From: Pseudomonadota bacterium
Lineage (GTDB): Bacteria; Pseudomonadota; Alphaproteobacteria; Micavibrionales; Micavibrionaceae
Length of the DNA: 52,053 nt
Direction: 5' to 3'
NCBI GenBank assembly: GCA_039026795.1
Contig: JBCCLQ010000001.1
Location: 1 to 52,053 of the forward strand
Part shown: positions 37,196-48,430 of the stretch, one piece after another
Numbering within the stretch: the first letter of the stretch is position 1
Layout of the letters: each line of letters opens with the position of its first letter
The notes under the pieces: model-generated
Seen by the model: only the letters and a program-made list of their open reading frames with translations
The model's database searches: none
What the model was told of the DNA's origin: nothing
Program-made: the position numbers and the translations under genes

Positions 37196-38980
37196 TTGCC
37201 GCACATGACAGAGAACACAAGTATTTTTGCACAGCGCCTAGACGCTTTAAGAGGCTTAATGGCCGAGCAGGGGCTGGATGGATATATTATCCCCAGAACC
37301 GATGAGTATCAGGGCGAGTATGTGCCGGCCAATGAAGAGCGGCTCGCTTGGTTGACCGGATTTACAGGCTCAGCGGGGGTGGCGGTTGTACTGAAAGATA
37401 AAGCCGTTGTGATGAGTGACGGGCGCTACACCATTCAACTAGAGCAGCAGGTTGATAGTTCTGTCTATCATACTGATGATAATACAAAAACTCCGGTTGA
37501 GGAGTGGATTGAAACTCACATAAATAAAAACGATACGATTGGTTTCGATGGTCGGTTGTTTACGCCAAGCGTTATTCAAAAAATTCAGCAAAAACTGAAG
37601 GATAGTGATGTTATCGTAAAGCCAATCTCAGAAAATCTGATTGATAAGCTTTGGGAGGATCGACCCGATGCTCCTAAAGCGAAAGTTGAAGTTTTTTCTG
37701 AAAAAATTGCGGGACGTTCGCATCAGGAAAAACTGGATGAGATTGCAGCGTCCATCAAAGAACAGGGCGCTGATTTGGGGATTATCACGCTGTCTGATTC
37801 CATTGCGTGGCTGTTGAATATTCGGGGGGGGGATGTGCCACATATTCCGATTGCGCTGTCGTATTTGATTGTGAAATCAGATGCTACTGCTGATTGGTTT
37901 ATTCATGAGGACAAGCTGAGTGATTCAGTGCGAACCCATTTGGGTAATCGGGTAGCTGTTTATGCACCGGAAACGCTGGAAGCGCTTTTAAAAGAAGCCG
38001 TTGCGGGCAAATCGGTTTTGTTAGACCCAAAGCGCACGTCACTGTGGTTTCATGAGAATGTTCAGGCGGCTGGCGGTGAAATTATTGAGGCCAAAGACCC
38101 GTGCATTGATATCCGTAGCCGTAAAACGAAGTCTGAGCAAGACGCTATGCGGCAAGCGCATATTCGTGATGGTGTAGCCGTTGTGAAGTTCCTGAAATGG
38201 CTGGAGGAACATGGGCCTAGTGGTCAGGAAAGCGAACTATCAGTAGAAGAACATTTAAAGGCGTTTCGGGCAGAAGCCGCAGAATTCAAAGACACCAGCT
38301 TTGACACGATTGCCGGGTTCAATGCCAATGGCGCGATTGTTCATTACCGAGCGACAGAAGAGACTAGTCAAACAATCAAAGCGCCGGGACTGTTGCTGGT
38401 GGATAGCGGTGCACAATATGCTGATGGCACGACCGACATCACCCGCACCGTTGCAATTGGTGAGCCGACCGATGAGATGTGTGAGCGCAATACGCTGGTG
38501 CTCAAAGGGCATATTGCGGTGGCGGCGGCCGCATTCAAAAAAGGCACATTGGGCAAGGAGATCGATGCGCTGGCGCGTAAGCCTTTGCAAGATGAAGGCT
38601 TGGATTATGCTCATGGTACCGGGCATGGCGTCGGCGTGTATTTATCCGTGCATGAGGAAGCCGCGCATTTATCACCGAAAGGTGAAGAAGCGCCGCAAGC
38701 GGGCATGATCCTGTCCAACGAGCCGGGATATTACAAGGAAGGGGAATACGGCATTCGTATCGAAAACCTTGTTTTGGTACGCGAAGCTGATGACGAGCAT
38801 CTGGAATTTGAAACAATTACGCTCGCCCCGCTCGATACATCCCTGATTATCAAAGATATGCTGACTCAAGATGAGTTGGACTGGCTGAATGCATACCATG
38901 CTCATGTTTATAAAACTCTCTCACCGTTTTTGGATGAAGAGCATCAGAACTGGCTTGAGATTGCCTGCGCTCAAATGTAA
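37196..38980 (+). CDS. pepP: Xaa-Pro aminopeptidase (M24B)
   Basis: HGTGHGVG, SNEPGYY and ENL metal-ligand blocks, with a Creatinase_N-like N-terminus. An ATG at 37205 is an alternative start. Confidence 0.9.
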   Translation: MPHMTENTSIFAQRLDALRGLMAEQGLDGYIIPRTDEYQGEYVPANEERLAWLTGFTGSAGVAVVLKDKAVVMSDGRYTIQLEQQVDSSVYHTDDNTKTPVEEWIETHINKNDTIGFDGRLFTPSVIQKIQQKLKDSDVIVKPISENLIDKLWEDRPDAPKAKVEVFSEKIAGRSHQEKLDEIAASIKEQGADLGIITLSDSIAWLLNIRGGDVPHIPIALSYLIVKSDATADWFIHEDKLSDSVRTHLGNRVAVYAPETLEALLKEAVAGKSVLLDPKRTSLWFHENVQAAGGEIIEAKDPCIDIRSRKTKSEQDAMRQAHIRDGVAVVKFLKWLEEHGPSGQESELSVEEHLKAFRAEAAEFKDTSFDTIAGFNANGAIVHYRATEETSQTIKAPGLLLVDSGAQYADGTTDITRTVAIGEPTDEMCERNTLVLKGHIAVAAAAFKKGTLGKEIDALARKPLQDEGLDYAHGTGHGVGVYLSVHEEAAHLSPKGEEAPQAGMILSNEPGYYKEGEYGIRIENLVLVREADDEHLEFETITLAPLDTSLIIKDMLTQDELDWLNAYHAHVYKTLSPFLDEEHQNWLEIACAQM

Positions 38981-39005
38981 AAAAACCGCTTTGAGAGAAG
39001 CGGTT
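38978..39005 (-). terminator. Rho-independent terminator of rpsU
   Basis: AACCGCTT-ctctca-AAGCGGTT followed by a T7 run on the minus strand. It overlaps the pepP stop. Confidence 0.7.
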
Positions 39006-39039
39006 CCTTAAACGTGATTTAATGGGTACGAGACTTAAA

Positions 39040-39237
39040 TTAGTAGTCTCCTTTTTTACGTTGAAGTTTTCTCCAACGGCGCGATGATTCTGCCTTTTCA
39101 CGTTTCTTCTTCGCAGAAGGTTTCTCGTAATCACGGCGCAATTTCATCTCACGGAAGATACCTTCACGCTGCATTTTCTTTTTCAGCGCGCGTAATGCTT
39201 GTTCAACATTGTTATCCCGTACGTTTACGCTAACCAC
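39040..39237 (-). CDS. rpsU: 30S ribosomal protein S21
   Basis: 65 aa. [22 protein letters not shown]...YEKPS is a canonical S21 pattern. Confidence 0.9.
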   Translation of the reverse strand: MVSVNVRDNNVEQALRALKKKMQREGIFREMKLRRDYEKPSAKKKREKAESSRRWRKLQRKKGDY

Positions 39238-39331
39238 TCAATCACCTCTTTTCTTCTCTTTATCAGAATGTTAGCACTATAAAAGCTTGCTCTTCGTACC
39301 TATGAGCAGGCGCGAATGCAAGCAAAAAATA

Positions 39332-41113
39332 ATGAAATACCATTATCAGTATATAACTTTAAGGTCGGCTAAACAAATTGCGCTTTTATGTAGCGCTTTG
39401 ATTTTATTTTGTTTTTCAGCCTATGCTCAGGATGTGGCGCGTCCGGAGCCCGAAATCGGTACCGGAATTTCGAGTAAAAATGCCGTTTCCGCCCAAAATC
39501 ACATGGTTGTGAGCTCTCATCCCGAGGCAACACGGGCGGGGGAAGCCGTTTTGGCGGCTGGTGGCACAGCAGCGGATGCGGCCATAGCCGTACAGATGAT
39601 GTTGGGTTTGGTGGAGCCGCAAAGTTCCGGCATCGGCGGTGGAGCCTTTATTCTGTATTACGATGCCAAGAAGGGGCAGCTTGTTTCTTTGGATGGGCGT
39701 GAAACGGCACCGGTGACGGCCGGAAAGCATTTGTTTACAGGTCAGGATGGAAATCCGATGGCGTTCATGGATGCCGTCGTTGGCGGTCGCGCGGTCGGAA
39801 CGCCAGGCACTTTGCGGGTACTGGAAAAACTTCATAGCTGGTACGGGCAAAAAGAGTGGGGGAGTTTGTTCGGATATCCGATCAAAGTGGCGGAGAATGG
39901 ATTTACAGTGACACCGCGTTTATCCAAAATGGTGGAAGCGGATCGCAAATATTTAGGCACATATACGGATACAAAACTGTACTTCTATCCTGATGCACTC
40001 AATCCTGTTCAGGTTGGAACAACGTTACGCAATCCTGATTACGCGGTGACGTTGCGCGCCATTGCACAAAACGGAGCGGATGCTTTTTACACCGGAGAGA
40101 TTGCGCAAGAGATTGTCCGCACCGTTCGTGAAGTGGCGCGAGATAATCCAGGTTTATTATCGATGGAAGATTTGGCGAATTATGAAGCCAAAGAGCGTAA
40201 GCCTGTCTGTGGTAATTATCGCAAATATGCAGTGTGTTCGATGGGGGAGCCATCCTCAGGGGGACTGACATTATTGTCCATACTCGGGATGTTGGAATAT
40301 CATAACTTGCGTGCGCTTGGGTCAAATAATCCGACAAGCTGGCATTTGATTGGTGAAGCCAGCCGTTTAGCATTTGCCGACAGGAATTATTACATGGCTG
40401 ATGCCGATTTTGTCCGCACGCCAGGTGAACGGTTGATCAATCGTGATTATTTGAAGCAGCGCGCCATTCTGATTAGCCCGAATATTGTTCAAAGTGACGT
40501 TTCACATGGTGTTCCACCCGGCTGGAATGATGTTGAGCCATTGGGGCCTGATGTGTATATTCGCAGACCCGGAACGAGTCATATGTCGATAGTCGATAGC
40601 TATGGCAATATGTTGTCGATGACGACAACGATTGAAGGTGCGTTTGGTTCGAAGCTTATGACGCAAGGGTTTTTGTTGAACAATGAACTCACCGATTTTT
40701 CATTCGCGCATGAAAAGGACGGCAAGGCTGTCGCCAATCGTGTGGAAGGCGGGAAGCGTCCGCGATCATCCATGGCACCGACCATTGTATTCGATCCTAA
40801 CAACAATCCGTTTTTGATTATCGGCTCTGCGGGTGGTAGCCGCATCATAGGCTTTGTAGCGCAACGCATTGTCGCGATGATTGATTGGCAAATGGATGTG
40901 CAGGATGCGTTGAACATGCCGAATATTGTGAATCGCGGAAACGCGATGGAAGTTGAAAACGGCGCGGAAAGCATTGCTCGCGGTTTGGAAAAAATGGGAC
41001 ACACAGTCAAGATGGATGAGATGACCAGTGGTTTAACGGCCATTCATTTCAAGAACGGGCAAATGTACGGCGCCGCCGATCCCCGCCGTGAAGGCCTTGC
41101 CGCAGGACTTTAA
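39332..41113 (+). CDS. ggt: Gamma-glutamyltransferase
   Basis: Signal peptide; GGNAADAA-like block GGTAADAA; autoprocessing site PGTSHMSIVD (Thr nucleophile); GSAGGSRI. The start is uncertain (39287, 39302 or 39332). Confidence 0.9.
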   Translation: MKYHYQYITLRSAKQIALLCSALILFCFSAYAQDVARPEPEIGTGISSKNAVSAQNHMVVSSHPEATRAGEAVLAAGGTAADAAIAVQMMLGLVEPQSSGIGGGAFILYYDAKKGQLVSLDGRETAPVTAGKHLFTGQDGNPMAFMDAVVGGRAVGTPGTLRVLEKLHSWYGQKEWGSLFGYPIKVAENGFTVTPRLSKMVEADRKYLGTYTDTKLYFYPDALNPVQVGTTLRNPDYAVTLRAIAQNGADAFYTGEIAQEIVRTVREVARDNPGLLSMEDLANYEAKERKPVCGNYRKYAVCSMGEPSSGGLTLLSILGMLEYHNLRALGSNNPTSWHLIGEASRLAFADRNYYMADADFVRTPGERLINRDYLKQRAILISPNIVQSDVSHGVPPGWNDVEPLGPDVYIRRPGTSHMSIVDSYGNMLSMTTTIEGAFGSKLMTQGFLLNNELTDFSFAHEKDGKAVANRVEGGKRPRSSMAPTIVFDPNNNPFLIIGSAGGSRIIGFVAQRIVAMIDWQMDVQDALNMPNIVNRGNAMEVENGAESIARGLEKMGHTVKMDEMTSGLTAIHFKNGQMYGAADPRREGLAAGL

Positions 41114-42729
41114 GCCGCTTTTCGGGCTTTGAGGTTAAGAGCCGCTTCCATCAGGGTTTTGGTGTATTCCTCTTTCGGACTATCGAAGATATCCGAAGCG
41201 TTTCCGCTTTCAACAACCTTACCGTTTTTCATGACAATCAAATCATGTGCCATAGCGCGGACAACCCGAAGATCGTGACTGATGAACATATAAGCCAGAT
41301 CATGTTTATCCTGCAGTTCGCGTAAGAGATCGACGATTTCGGCTTGAACCGATACATCGAGTGCGGATGTGGGTTCATCGAGGACAACAAATTTGGGATG
41401 CAGTACCATGGCGCGGGCAATGGCGATACGCTGGCGCTGTCCTCCGGAAAATTCATGGGGGTAGCGATGCCGCGTTTCAGGGTTGAGGTGCACGTCATTT
41501 AGTGCTTCCACGACCAAATCATCGCGGCCTTTGGAATCCAGATCGCGGCGATGGATTTTTAAACCTTCTTCAATGATTTGTGCAATCGACATGCGCGGTG
41601 AGAGGGAGCCGAAGGGATCCTGAAATACGATTTGCATATCAGACCGTAATGGTGTCATTGCCCCACGTTTATATTTGGAGATATCGGTTCCATCGAACAC
41701 GATGTTGCCTTGACCGTTCAAAAGACGAAGAAGAGCGAAGCCAAGTGTTGATTTTCCTGAGCCTGACTCACCGACCACACCGACGGTGTGTCCTGATTTA
41801 ATCTCAACATCTATGCCGTCCACAGCCTTAACCCAATCGTTGATCTTGCCCCAGAATGTTTTGCCTTTCGGAAAGTGGACTTTGATATCTGTACCTTGAA
41901 TGATGTCTTTGCTGTCAGCTTTGGGTGGATTGGCACGACCGCGCGGGCGGGCGCCCAGTAATTTTTTGGAATAGTCATGCGATGGGGACGCGAAGATTTT
42001 TTTACCTGCATCTTGTTCAACAATCTTACCGTTTTTCATGACGCAAACATGATCCGCGAATTTTTCGACGATGGACAGATCATGCGTGATCATCAGCATC
42101 GCCATATCGAGTTCATTTTGCAGACGTTCCAGCAATTCCAGAATTTCAGCCTGAACCGTGACATCTAGTGCGGTTGTCGGTTCATCCGCAATCAGAAGCT
42201 CGGGGTTATTCGCCAAAGCCATGGCGATCATCACGCGTTGCCGTTGCCCACCCGAGAGTTGATGTGGGTATGCGTTCAATCGTTCGCGCATCATGGGCAG
42301 TTGAACGAGATCAAGTAATTCCAGAACGCGGTCTTTGGCGTCATTATCGCTCATTTTTTGATGGAGCTTTAAAATCTCACCGATTTGTTTTTCGATTGTA
42401 TGGAGCGGGTTCAACGCCGTCATCGGTTCTTGAAAAATCATCCCGATTTGGGAGCCGCGAATGGTGCGCATGAAAGTATCTTTTTTACCGACAAGCTCTT
42501 CACCTTCAAAAATAATGGACGACCCTTCCGGGTGCATGGCTTGCGGGTAGGGGAGCAGTTGCATGATGGACATGGCTGTCACTGACTTGCCCGATCCGCT
42601 TTCCCCGACCAGTGCGACGGTCTGTCCCCTATCAATTGTAAAGGATGCATTTTTGACGGCGTTGAAGATGCCGTCTGTGGTTTTGAAATCGACGCTTAAA
42701 TCCTGAACGGTCAATAAAGTATTGGACAT
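41110..42729 (-). CDS. yejF: Dual-ATPase ABC protein of the YejABEF (microcin C/peptide) importer
   Basis: Two Walker A motifs (GESGSGKS twice), two LSGGQRQR signatures, and overall similarity to E. coli YejF. Confidence 0.85.
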   Translation of the reverse strand: MSNTLLTVQDLSVDFKTTDGIFNAVKNASFTIDRGQTVALVGESGSGKSVTAMSIMQLLPYPQAMHPEGSSIIFEGEELVGKKDTFMRTIRGSQIGMIFQEPMTALNPLHTIEKQIGEILKLHQKMSDNDAKDRVLELLDLVQLPMMRERLNAYPHQLSGGQRQRVMIAMALANNPELLIADEPTTALDVTVQAEILELLERLQNELDMAMLMITHDLSIVEKFADHVCVMKNGKIVEQDAGKKIFASPSHDYSKKLLGARPRGRANPPKADSKDIIQGTDIKVHFPKGKTFWGKINDWVKAVDGIDVEIKSGHTVGVVGESGSGKSTLGFALLRLLNGQGNIVFDGTDISKYKRGAMTPLRSDMQIVFQDPFGSLSPRMSIAQIIEEGLKIHRRDLDSKGRDDLVVEALNDVHLNPETRHRYPHEFSGGQRQRIAIARAMVLHPKFVVLDEPTSALDVSVQAEIVDLLRELQDKHDLAYMFISHDLRVVRAMAHDLIVMKNGKVVESGNASDIFDSPKEEYTKTLMEAALNLKARKAA

Positions 42730-42735
42730 TCACAA

Positions 42736-42972
42736 CTATTTAGCAGTTAGAGACGAAGCCACCAAGGGTTTTGGTTTATTATTTTCATTGTTTGGCACAG
42801 GTTGTTTGCGCTTTAAGCGTTTTCGCTCTTGTGGTGATAGAGACGCAACGACAGCGACCCGCACAAAAATAGTCGTTAGAATGGGGTAATCGCCTCCATA
42901 TAATAAGCATAAGCGACAGAGTTCAGTGAAATTTAAAGACGCCGTTTGGGGGTATCGGATATTTATGTTCAT
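42736..42972 (-). CDS. Possible small ORF/leader immediately upstream of yejF
   Basis: AGGAGG lies 9 nt upstream of the ATG, a promoter and operator lie just upstream, and the stop is 6 nt before the yejF ATG. The sequence is not family-like and its composition is odd. Confidence 0.25.
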   Translation of the reverse strand: MNINIRYPQTASLNFTELCRLCLLYGGDYPILTTIFVRVAVVASLSPQERKRLKRKQPVPNNENNKPKPLVASSLTAK

Positions 42973-42992
42973 TGTTCATTCCCTCCTTTTCT

Positions 42993-43013
42993 AAATGAGA
43001 ATAATTCTCATTT
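42993..43013. promoter_or_regulatory. Fur-family-type operator: perfect 21-bp palindrome with a 7-1-7 core
   Basis: AAATGAGAATAATTCTCATTT. The core TGAGAAT-a-ATTCTCA matches the Fur 7-1-7 consensus TGATAAT-n-ATTATCA at 12 of 14 positions. Confidence 0.55.
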
Positions 43014-43016
43014 GCA

Positions 43017-43045
43017 ATTAATAAATAGGATAGAGGGAATGTCAA
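43017..43045 (-). promoter_or_regulatory. Sigma70-like promoter TTGACA-N17-ATTAAT reading toward yejF
   Basis: Reverse complement of 43017-43045. The operator starts 4 nt downstream of the -10 element. Confidence 0.5.
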
Positions 43046-43091
43046 TGCTATACCTTTGTGCGTGGCAAAATTGTGGAGTCGGAATTTTTGG

Positions 43092-43127
43092 ATAAAAGAA
43101 AAGCCCTGCGAGGGGGATGCAGGGCCT
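43092..43127 (-). terminator. Rho-independent terminator of the fasciclin gene
   Basis: On the minus strand, GCCCTGC-atccccctc-GCAGGGC is followed by TTTTCTTTT. Confidence 0.7.
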
Positions 43128-43162
43128 TTCACACTCTTCTTTTGAAAAAGGAAGGAGAGTTA

Positions 43163-43711
43163 TTACTGAGACGCGTCGTCCTTCGGCAGTATCACTGTAT
43201 CAATCACGTGAATCACACCATTGCTTGTTTTGATGTCAGTCGCTGTGACTGTTGCGTCGTTGATTTTAACGCCTGCATCACTTGCATTGACTGTGATCAT
43301 TTGGCCTTGAAGTGTTGCCACTTCGCTTGTACCTGCCTGAATGTCACCAGCTTTAATTTTTGCGGGTACGACATGGTATGTCAGGATGCCAGCCAGTTTT
43401 TCTTTATTTTCCGGCTTTAAAAGCTCTTCCACTGTGCCTTCAGGCAATTTTGCGAAGGCATCGTTTGTTGGTGCAAACACTGTGAACGGGCCTTCGCCTT
43501 TCAATGGCTCAACCAGATCAGCGGCTTGAATAGCGGCTACAAGTGTTGAGAAATCTTCATTACCGATCGCTGTGTCGATAATGTCTTTTTTCATAGCTTT
43601 TTCAGCTTTTTTGTCGCCGTATCCGTAACCTTTATCCATATCACCGGCAAAGGCTTGTGAACCGACGGCTATGAGGCCGAGAGCGGCTGTTGCTAAAAGG
43701 GTCTTCTTCAT
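43163..43711 (-). CDS. Fasciclin (FAS1) domain secreted protein
   Basis: Signal peptide, then [14 protein letters not shown] and [13 protein letters not shown], the FAS1 H1/H2 motifs. Confidence 0.85.
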   Translation of the reverse strand: MKKTLLATAALGLIAVGSQAFAGDMDKGYGYGDKKAEKAMKKDIIDTAIGNEDFSTLVAAIQAADLVEPLKGEGPFTVFAPTNDAFAKLPEGTVEELLKPENKEKLAGILTYHVVPAKIKAGDIQAGTSEVATLQGQMITVNASDAGVKINDATVTATDIKTSNGVIHVIDTVILPKDDASQ

Positions 43712-43791
43712 AAGTTAGGTCTCCTTGTTTTGAAACTTATGCTCTTTCTACGCACAGTTTCAAACTTGGTTCACCTTGCCACAAAGATACC

Positions 43792-45111
43792 TTATTTACG
43801 GCTTTTTGCAGCGTTTTCAACGGAGAGGTAGTTGAAGATATCGTCTGTGATTTTGGCTTCAACGGATTGTAGATCATCCAAAGAGAGCTCGTCGAGACGG
43901 CAGTTTTTGTCTTCCGCCAGTTTCACAGCGCGGCCGGTCACATGGTGTGCATCACGGAAGGGCATATTCAATTCGCGCACCAGCCAATCGGCAAGCTCCG
44001 TCGCGGTGGAATAGCCGCTCTGTGCCGCTTCCAACATCGCGTCTTTATTCCATGTGGCGCTGGAGAGCATGCCTGTCATCGCATCGAGGCAGAGGATCAT
44101 AGTATCGAAGCTATCGAAGACGGATTTTTTGTCTTCCTGTAGGTCTTTGTTATAGGTCAGCGGCAAAGCCTTCATCACCGTCATCATCTGCACCAGATTT
44201 CCGGTAAGGCGGCCAGTTTTGCCACGGATCAGTTCGGCGGCATCGGGGTTTTTCTTTTGCGGCATAATGGAAGAGCCGGTGCTCCAAGCATCGCTCATGG
44301 TCACAAAACCAAATTGTGGGGTCGACCAGATGATCAATTCCTCGGCAAGGCGAGAGAGATGAAGGCCACATTGCGCGCAAGAAAATAGAAATTCGTTGGC
44401 GAAGTCACGCGCAGAAACGCCGTCCATGGTGTTCATCACAGGGCGATCAAAGCCGAGCTGTTCTGCCGTAAAGTCTTTATTAATCGGGAATCCCGTTCCG
44501 GCCAAGGCGGCAGAGCCGAGCGGTGACGTGTTGAGACGTTTGCGGCAATCTGCAAAGCGGAGTTTGTCGCGGTTCAGCATGCAGGCATAAGCATCCAGAT
44601 GACGGGCGAGAGTGACAGGCTGCGCCACCTGCAGATGCGTAAAGCCGGGCATGACCGTATCGGCGTGCTGTTCTTCCAAGACATCAATGGTTTCCTGAAA
44701 GACTTCAATGCGTTCCATGATAACATCGCAAGCTTCGCGCACCCACAGGCGAAAGTCGGTTGCGACCTGATCATTTCTAGATCTGGCCGTGTGCAGGCGA
44801 CCGGCCGGCTCGCCGATAATCTCTTTCAAACGGTTTTCGATGTTCATATGGATGTCTTCGAGGTCGCGACGGAATTCAAATTGACCGTTTTCGATTTCGC
44901 TTAGGATTTGGTCGAGGCCTTTATGGATCGCGTCCTTATCCGCATCCGAAATGATGTTTTGCTTGGCCAACATGGCGGCGTGCGCTTTCGAACCCGCGAT
45001 GTCCTGTTTATACAGGCGCTTGTCGATATCGATGGAGGCGTTGATTTGCTCCATCACGTCATCGGGCTTTTCATCAAAACGCCCGCCCCACATTTTATTT
45101 GCGTCGGTCAT
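43792..45111 (-). CDS. argH: Argininosuccinate lyase
   Basis: [15 protein letters not shown] and [12 protein letters not shown] are the fumarate-lyase signature motifs. Confidence 0.95.
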   Translation of the reverse strand: MTDANKMWGGRFDEKPDDVMEQINASIDIDKRLYKQDIAGSKAHAAMLAKQNIISDADKDAIHKGLDQILSEIENGQFEFRRDLEDIHMNIENRLKEIIGEPAGRLHTARSRNDQVATDFRLWVREACDVIMERIEVFQETIDVLEEQHADTVMPGFTHLQVAQPVTLARHLDAYACMLNRDKLRFADCRKRLNTSPLGSAALAGTGFPINKDFTAEQLGFDRPVMNTMDGVSARDFANEFLFSCAQCGLHLSRLAEELIIWSTPQFGFVTMSDAWSTGSSIMPQKKNPDAAELIRGKTGRLTGNLVQMMTVMKALPLTYNKDLQEDKKSVFDSFDTMILCLDAMTGMLSSATWNKDAMLEAAQSGYSTATELADWLVRELNMPFRDAHHVTGRAVKLAEDKNCRLDELSLDDLQSVEAKITDDIFNYLSVENAAKSRK

Positions 45112-46355
45112 TAAGCGGCCTTCTTTTTTGAGCTTTCGGCTTTGCCGTGGACTTGCGTGTTATTGCGTAAGCGCACAGCGTTGATTTTGATAAACCCGTC
45201 GGCATCTTTTTGATCATAGCCGCCCTCTTCATCCATGGAGGATTGCTTCGGATCGTACAATGCGTTTGGTGATGTACGGGCAAGCGGGTAGGCCATACCT
45301 TTTAAGAGCTGAACCTGAACCTCACCATTCACAGTTTCCTGCGCCTTGTTCATGGTTGTCATGAGTAGGTCGAATTCAGGTGAGAACCAGAAGCCGTTAT
45401 AAATCAAATGCGCCATGTCGATGGACAGGCGGTCACGAATACGCATGACTTCACGGTCCATGGTGAGGCCTTCCAGATCGCGGTGGGCTTTATAAAGAAT
45501 TTCGCCGCCTGGTGTTTCGTACACACCGCGCGATTTAATGCCGACAAAACGGTTTTCAACCATATCAATACGGCCAATGCCGTGCTTGGTACCAAGATCA
45601 TTCAAATACGTGAACAAGTCCAGAGCGCCTGTGACTGTTTTGCCGTCGTGGGCCACAGAAACCGGAATACCTTCCTGAAACGTGATCGTAATGATGTCCG
45701 CTTCATCGGGAGCATCAGCGATAGAGGTTGTGCGAGAATACACATCCTCCGCACATGCTGCGTTCGGATCTTCCAGAATGCCGGCCTCGTGAGAGATGTG
45801 CAGAAAGTTATCATCTTCTGAATACGGTTTTGAACGGGAAGCTTTCACCGGAATACCGTACTGATCGGCATAGTTCAGCATGTCCTGACGCCCTTCAAAG
45901 CGAGTGAGGAATTCTTCCATTTTCCATGGTGCTAAGACTTGGATATCGGGTTTGAGTGCATAGTAAGAGAGTTCAAAACGCACTTGGTCGTTCCCTTTAC
46001 CGGTTGCACCGTGAGACACAAATTGTGCGCCTTCTTTTTCCGCGATTTCTATTTGGCGTTTTGCAATAATCGGACGGGCAACGGAGGTGCCGAGGAGATA
46101 GCGCCCTTCGTAAATCGCCTGAGATTTAATAGCCGGGAAAATATAATCGGTGATGAATTCTTCTTTCAGGTCTTCGACATAGACTTTGGATGCACCGATT
46201 TTTTCGGCCTTTTCGCGTGCAGCTTCGAAATCTTCTTCCTGACCGACATCCGCGATGTAGGCGATAGTCTCATAACCTTCTTCGATAAACCATTTCAGGA
46301 TGACGGATGTATCCAATCCACCTGAATAGGCCAGTACGATTTTTCCTTTAGACAT
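45111..46355 (-). CDS. argG: Argininosuccinate synthase
   Basis: [28 protein letters not shown]. Start at MSKGK (46355) with AAGAGGAGAAG upstream. The TAA stop shares one nt with the argH ATG. Confidence 0.95.
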   Translation of the reverse strand: MSKGKIVLAYSGGLDTSVILKWFIEEGYETIAYIADVGQEEDFEAAREKAEKIGASKVYVEDLKEEFITDYIFPAIKSQAIYEGRYLLGTSVARPIIAKRQIEIAEKEGAQFVSHGATGKGNDQVRFELSYYALKPDIQVLAPWKMEEFLTRFEGRQDMLNYADQYGIPVKASRSKPYSEDDNFLHISHEAGILEDPNAACAEDVYSRTTSIADAPDEADIITITFQEGIPVSVAHDGKTVTGALDLFTYLNDLGTKHGIGRIDMVENRFVGIKSRGVYETPGGEILYKAHRDLEGLTMDREVMRIRDRLSIDMAHLIYNGFWFSPEFDLLMTTMNKAQETVNGEVQVQLLKGMAYPLARTSPNALYDPKQSSMDEEGGYDQKDADGFIKINAVRLRNNTQVHGKAESSKKKAA

Positions 46356-46369
46356 TTTACTTCTCCTCT

Positions 46370-47218
46370 TTAAATCTCTACGCCGACGTCTTCGAGGCAA
46401 TAGGCCAAAATGGCTTTTTGCGCGTGCAGGCGGTTTTCAGCTTCATCATAAATCACGGAAGAGGGGGACTTTGCAACCTCTTCGGTGACTTCTTCCCATT
46501 CATGAATCGGTAAGCAATGCATGAAAATGGCTTCCGGTTTGGCCAAATCCATCAAATCCTGCGTGACTTGGTAGGGTTCGAACTTGGCAATCGCTTTGCC
46601 ATCCTGTCCCAGTGAGACCCATGTATCGGTCACCAGAACGTCGGCATCTTTGGCAGCGTCTTGGGCCGAAATATCGTTAAAGGGGGTCGCCATAACGAAG
46701 TCAAAGCCGAAAATGGGGGCTGCTTCCTCATAGGTTTTGCTGACATTGTTATCATCACCGAACCAGGCGATTTTCTTGCTCGCGACATCGCCCAGTTTTT
46801 CCTCAATCGTCATCAGGTCAGCCATGATTTGGCAGGGGTGTGATTGATCTGTCATGCCGTTGATGATTGAGATGTCGGAATATTGTGCGAGCTCTTCCAT
46901 CAGCGCGTGATCGCTCATGCGGATCATCACGGCATCGACGAAACGGGACAGAACCTTGGCCGTGCTTTCCGCACTTTCTGCGCCGCCGATTTGCATTTCA
47001 TTCATACTCATGACAACCGTATGGCCGCCAAGCTGTTTCATCGCAACATCAAATGACACGCGTGTGCGGGTCGAAAGCTTGTCGAACATCATTGCCAGTG
47101 TCAGGCCTTTGAACAGCTGTGGCGGTGAAAATTTCTGCGCTTTTAACTCATGGGCATGCTTTAAAATGCTTTTAAGTGTTTCCGCATCGAAATCGCTGAG
47201 GTTGATGAAGTGTTTCAT
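46370..47218 (-). CDS. argF: Ornithine carbamoyltransferase (short, 282 aa)
   Basis: STRTR, HPCQ, DTWVSLG (compare DxWxSMG) and HCLP motifs. Confidence 0.8.
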   Translation of the reverse strand: MKHFINLSDFDAETLKSILKHAHELKAQKFSPPQLFKGLTLAMMFDKLSTRTRVSFDVAMKQLGGHTVVMSMNEMQIGGAESAESTAKVLSRFVDAVMIRMSDHALMEELAQYSDISIINGMTDQSHPCQIMADLMTIEEKLGDVASKKIAWFGDDNNVSKTYEEAAPIFGFDFVMATPFNDISAQDAAKDADVLVTDTWVSLGQDGKAIAKFEPYQVTQDLMDLAKPEAIFMHCLPIHEWEEVTEEVAKSPSSVIYDEAENRLHAQKAILAYCLEDVGVEI

Positions 47219-48429
47219 TCGACCAACTCCAGCGTTTCGTCTCTTAAGGTTTGTGCGATAATATCAACGGCTTCGTCAATTTCGGACTCGTTGACCGTTA
47301 GTGGTGGCGTGAGACGCAGCGTGTTTGCACCTGCTTGTGTTGCCAGAAGTCCGTTTTCCAAAAGTTTGTTGAGCAAAGATGCGCATTTGAATTTTGTATC
47401 GATACCGATCATCAGGCCTTTGCCACGGACATCCGTGATTGTACCTGTATTGCTTTCGCTTTTTAGTGTTTCGAGTTTGGACAGGAAATGTGCGCTGGCT
47501 TTATTCACGTGATCCAGAAAGCCATCCGATAGCATTTCAGACACAACGTGATAAACCACATTGGTTGCCAGCGGATTGCCGCCGTAGGTCGTGCCGTGAT
47601 CACCAGCCTCAAATGCTTCGGTGAATTTCTTCTTCGCCATGAACGCTCCCACGGGGAAACCTGAACCCATGCCTTTTGCGAGACACACCACATCAGGTTC
47701 ATATTCAAAAGCTTCATGCGCCATGAGTGTGCCCATGCGACCCATACCGGCCTGAATTTCATCGGAGATCATCACAATTTGGTGTTCATCGCAGAGTTTG
47801 CGAAGGCCTTGGAAAAATTGGGCGTCCCCTGGCATGAGGCCACCTTCACCCTGAACGGGCTCAAAGATAATCCCGCAGATTTTGTCAGTGATAAGCGCTT
47901 TGACACTATCAAGATCACCATAGTCTGCGAAATGCATGCCTTGTAAATAGGGGCCGAATTTTGGCTGCTTTAGTGACTTATAAGTTGCACTGACTGCGCC
48001 ATAGGTACGACCATGGAACGATCCTTTGAAAGTGATAAATTCTTTACAGTCTTCGCTTTTGTTTTTATGCGCCCATGCGCGAGCGAGTTTCAACGACCCT
48101 TCAACAGCTTCCGCGCCAGAGTTGCAGAAAAATATTTGTTCCTGACAGCAGTTGTTGATGAGTAGTTCGGCCGCTTTCAATTTCGGTTCAGTCGGATAAG
48201 AACCAACGGTCATAATCAAACCGGTATCCAGTTGTTCGGTTATGGCTTTGTGCATGACAGGGTGATTGTGACCCAGAGAACAAACTGCGATACCAGCCGC
48301 AAAGTCTATATAGGATTTACCTTCGGTGTCTTTCACACGTACGCCATCACCACTCGCTAAGGCCACTTTCTTTTGCGGGTAGAGCGGGATGATAACTTCG
48401 TTTGCACGTTTTTGCATATCCAGCGTCAT
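47215..48429 (-). CDS. argD: Acetylornithine aminotransferase
   Basis: Class-III PLP aminotransferase: GHNHP, CNSGAEA, DEIQAGMGRMG and LAKGMGSGFP (PLP Lys). Confidence 0.9.
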   Translation of the reverse strand: MTLDMQKRANEVIIPLYPQKKVALASGDGVRVKDTEGKSYIDFAAGIAVCSLGHNHPVMHKAITEQLDTGLIMTVGSYPTEPKLKAAELLINNCCQEQIFFCNSGAEAVEGSLKLARAWAHKNKSEDCKEFITFKGSFHGRTYGAVSATYKSLKQPKFGPYLQGMHFADYGDLDSVKALITDKICGIIFEPVQGEGGLMPGDAQFFQGLRKLCDEHQIVMISDEIQAGMGRMGTLMAHEAFEYEPDVVCLAKGMGSGFPVGAFMAKKKFTEAFEAGDHGTTYGGNPLATNVVYHVVSEMLSDGFLDHVNKASAHFLSKLETLKSESNTGTITDVRGKGLMIGIDTKFKCASLLNKLLENGLLATQAGANTLRLTPPLTVNESEIDEAVDIIAQTLRDETLELVE

Positions 48430-48430
48430 G

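Noticed and set aside
43058-43420. 120-aa plus-strand ORF downstream of the Fur-like operator
   Set aside because: It is antisense to the well-supported fasciclin gene, is Cys-rich with odd composition, and has no SD.
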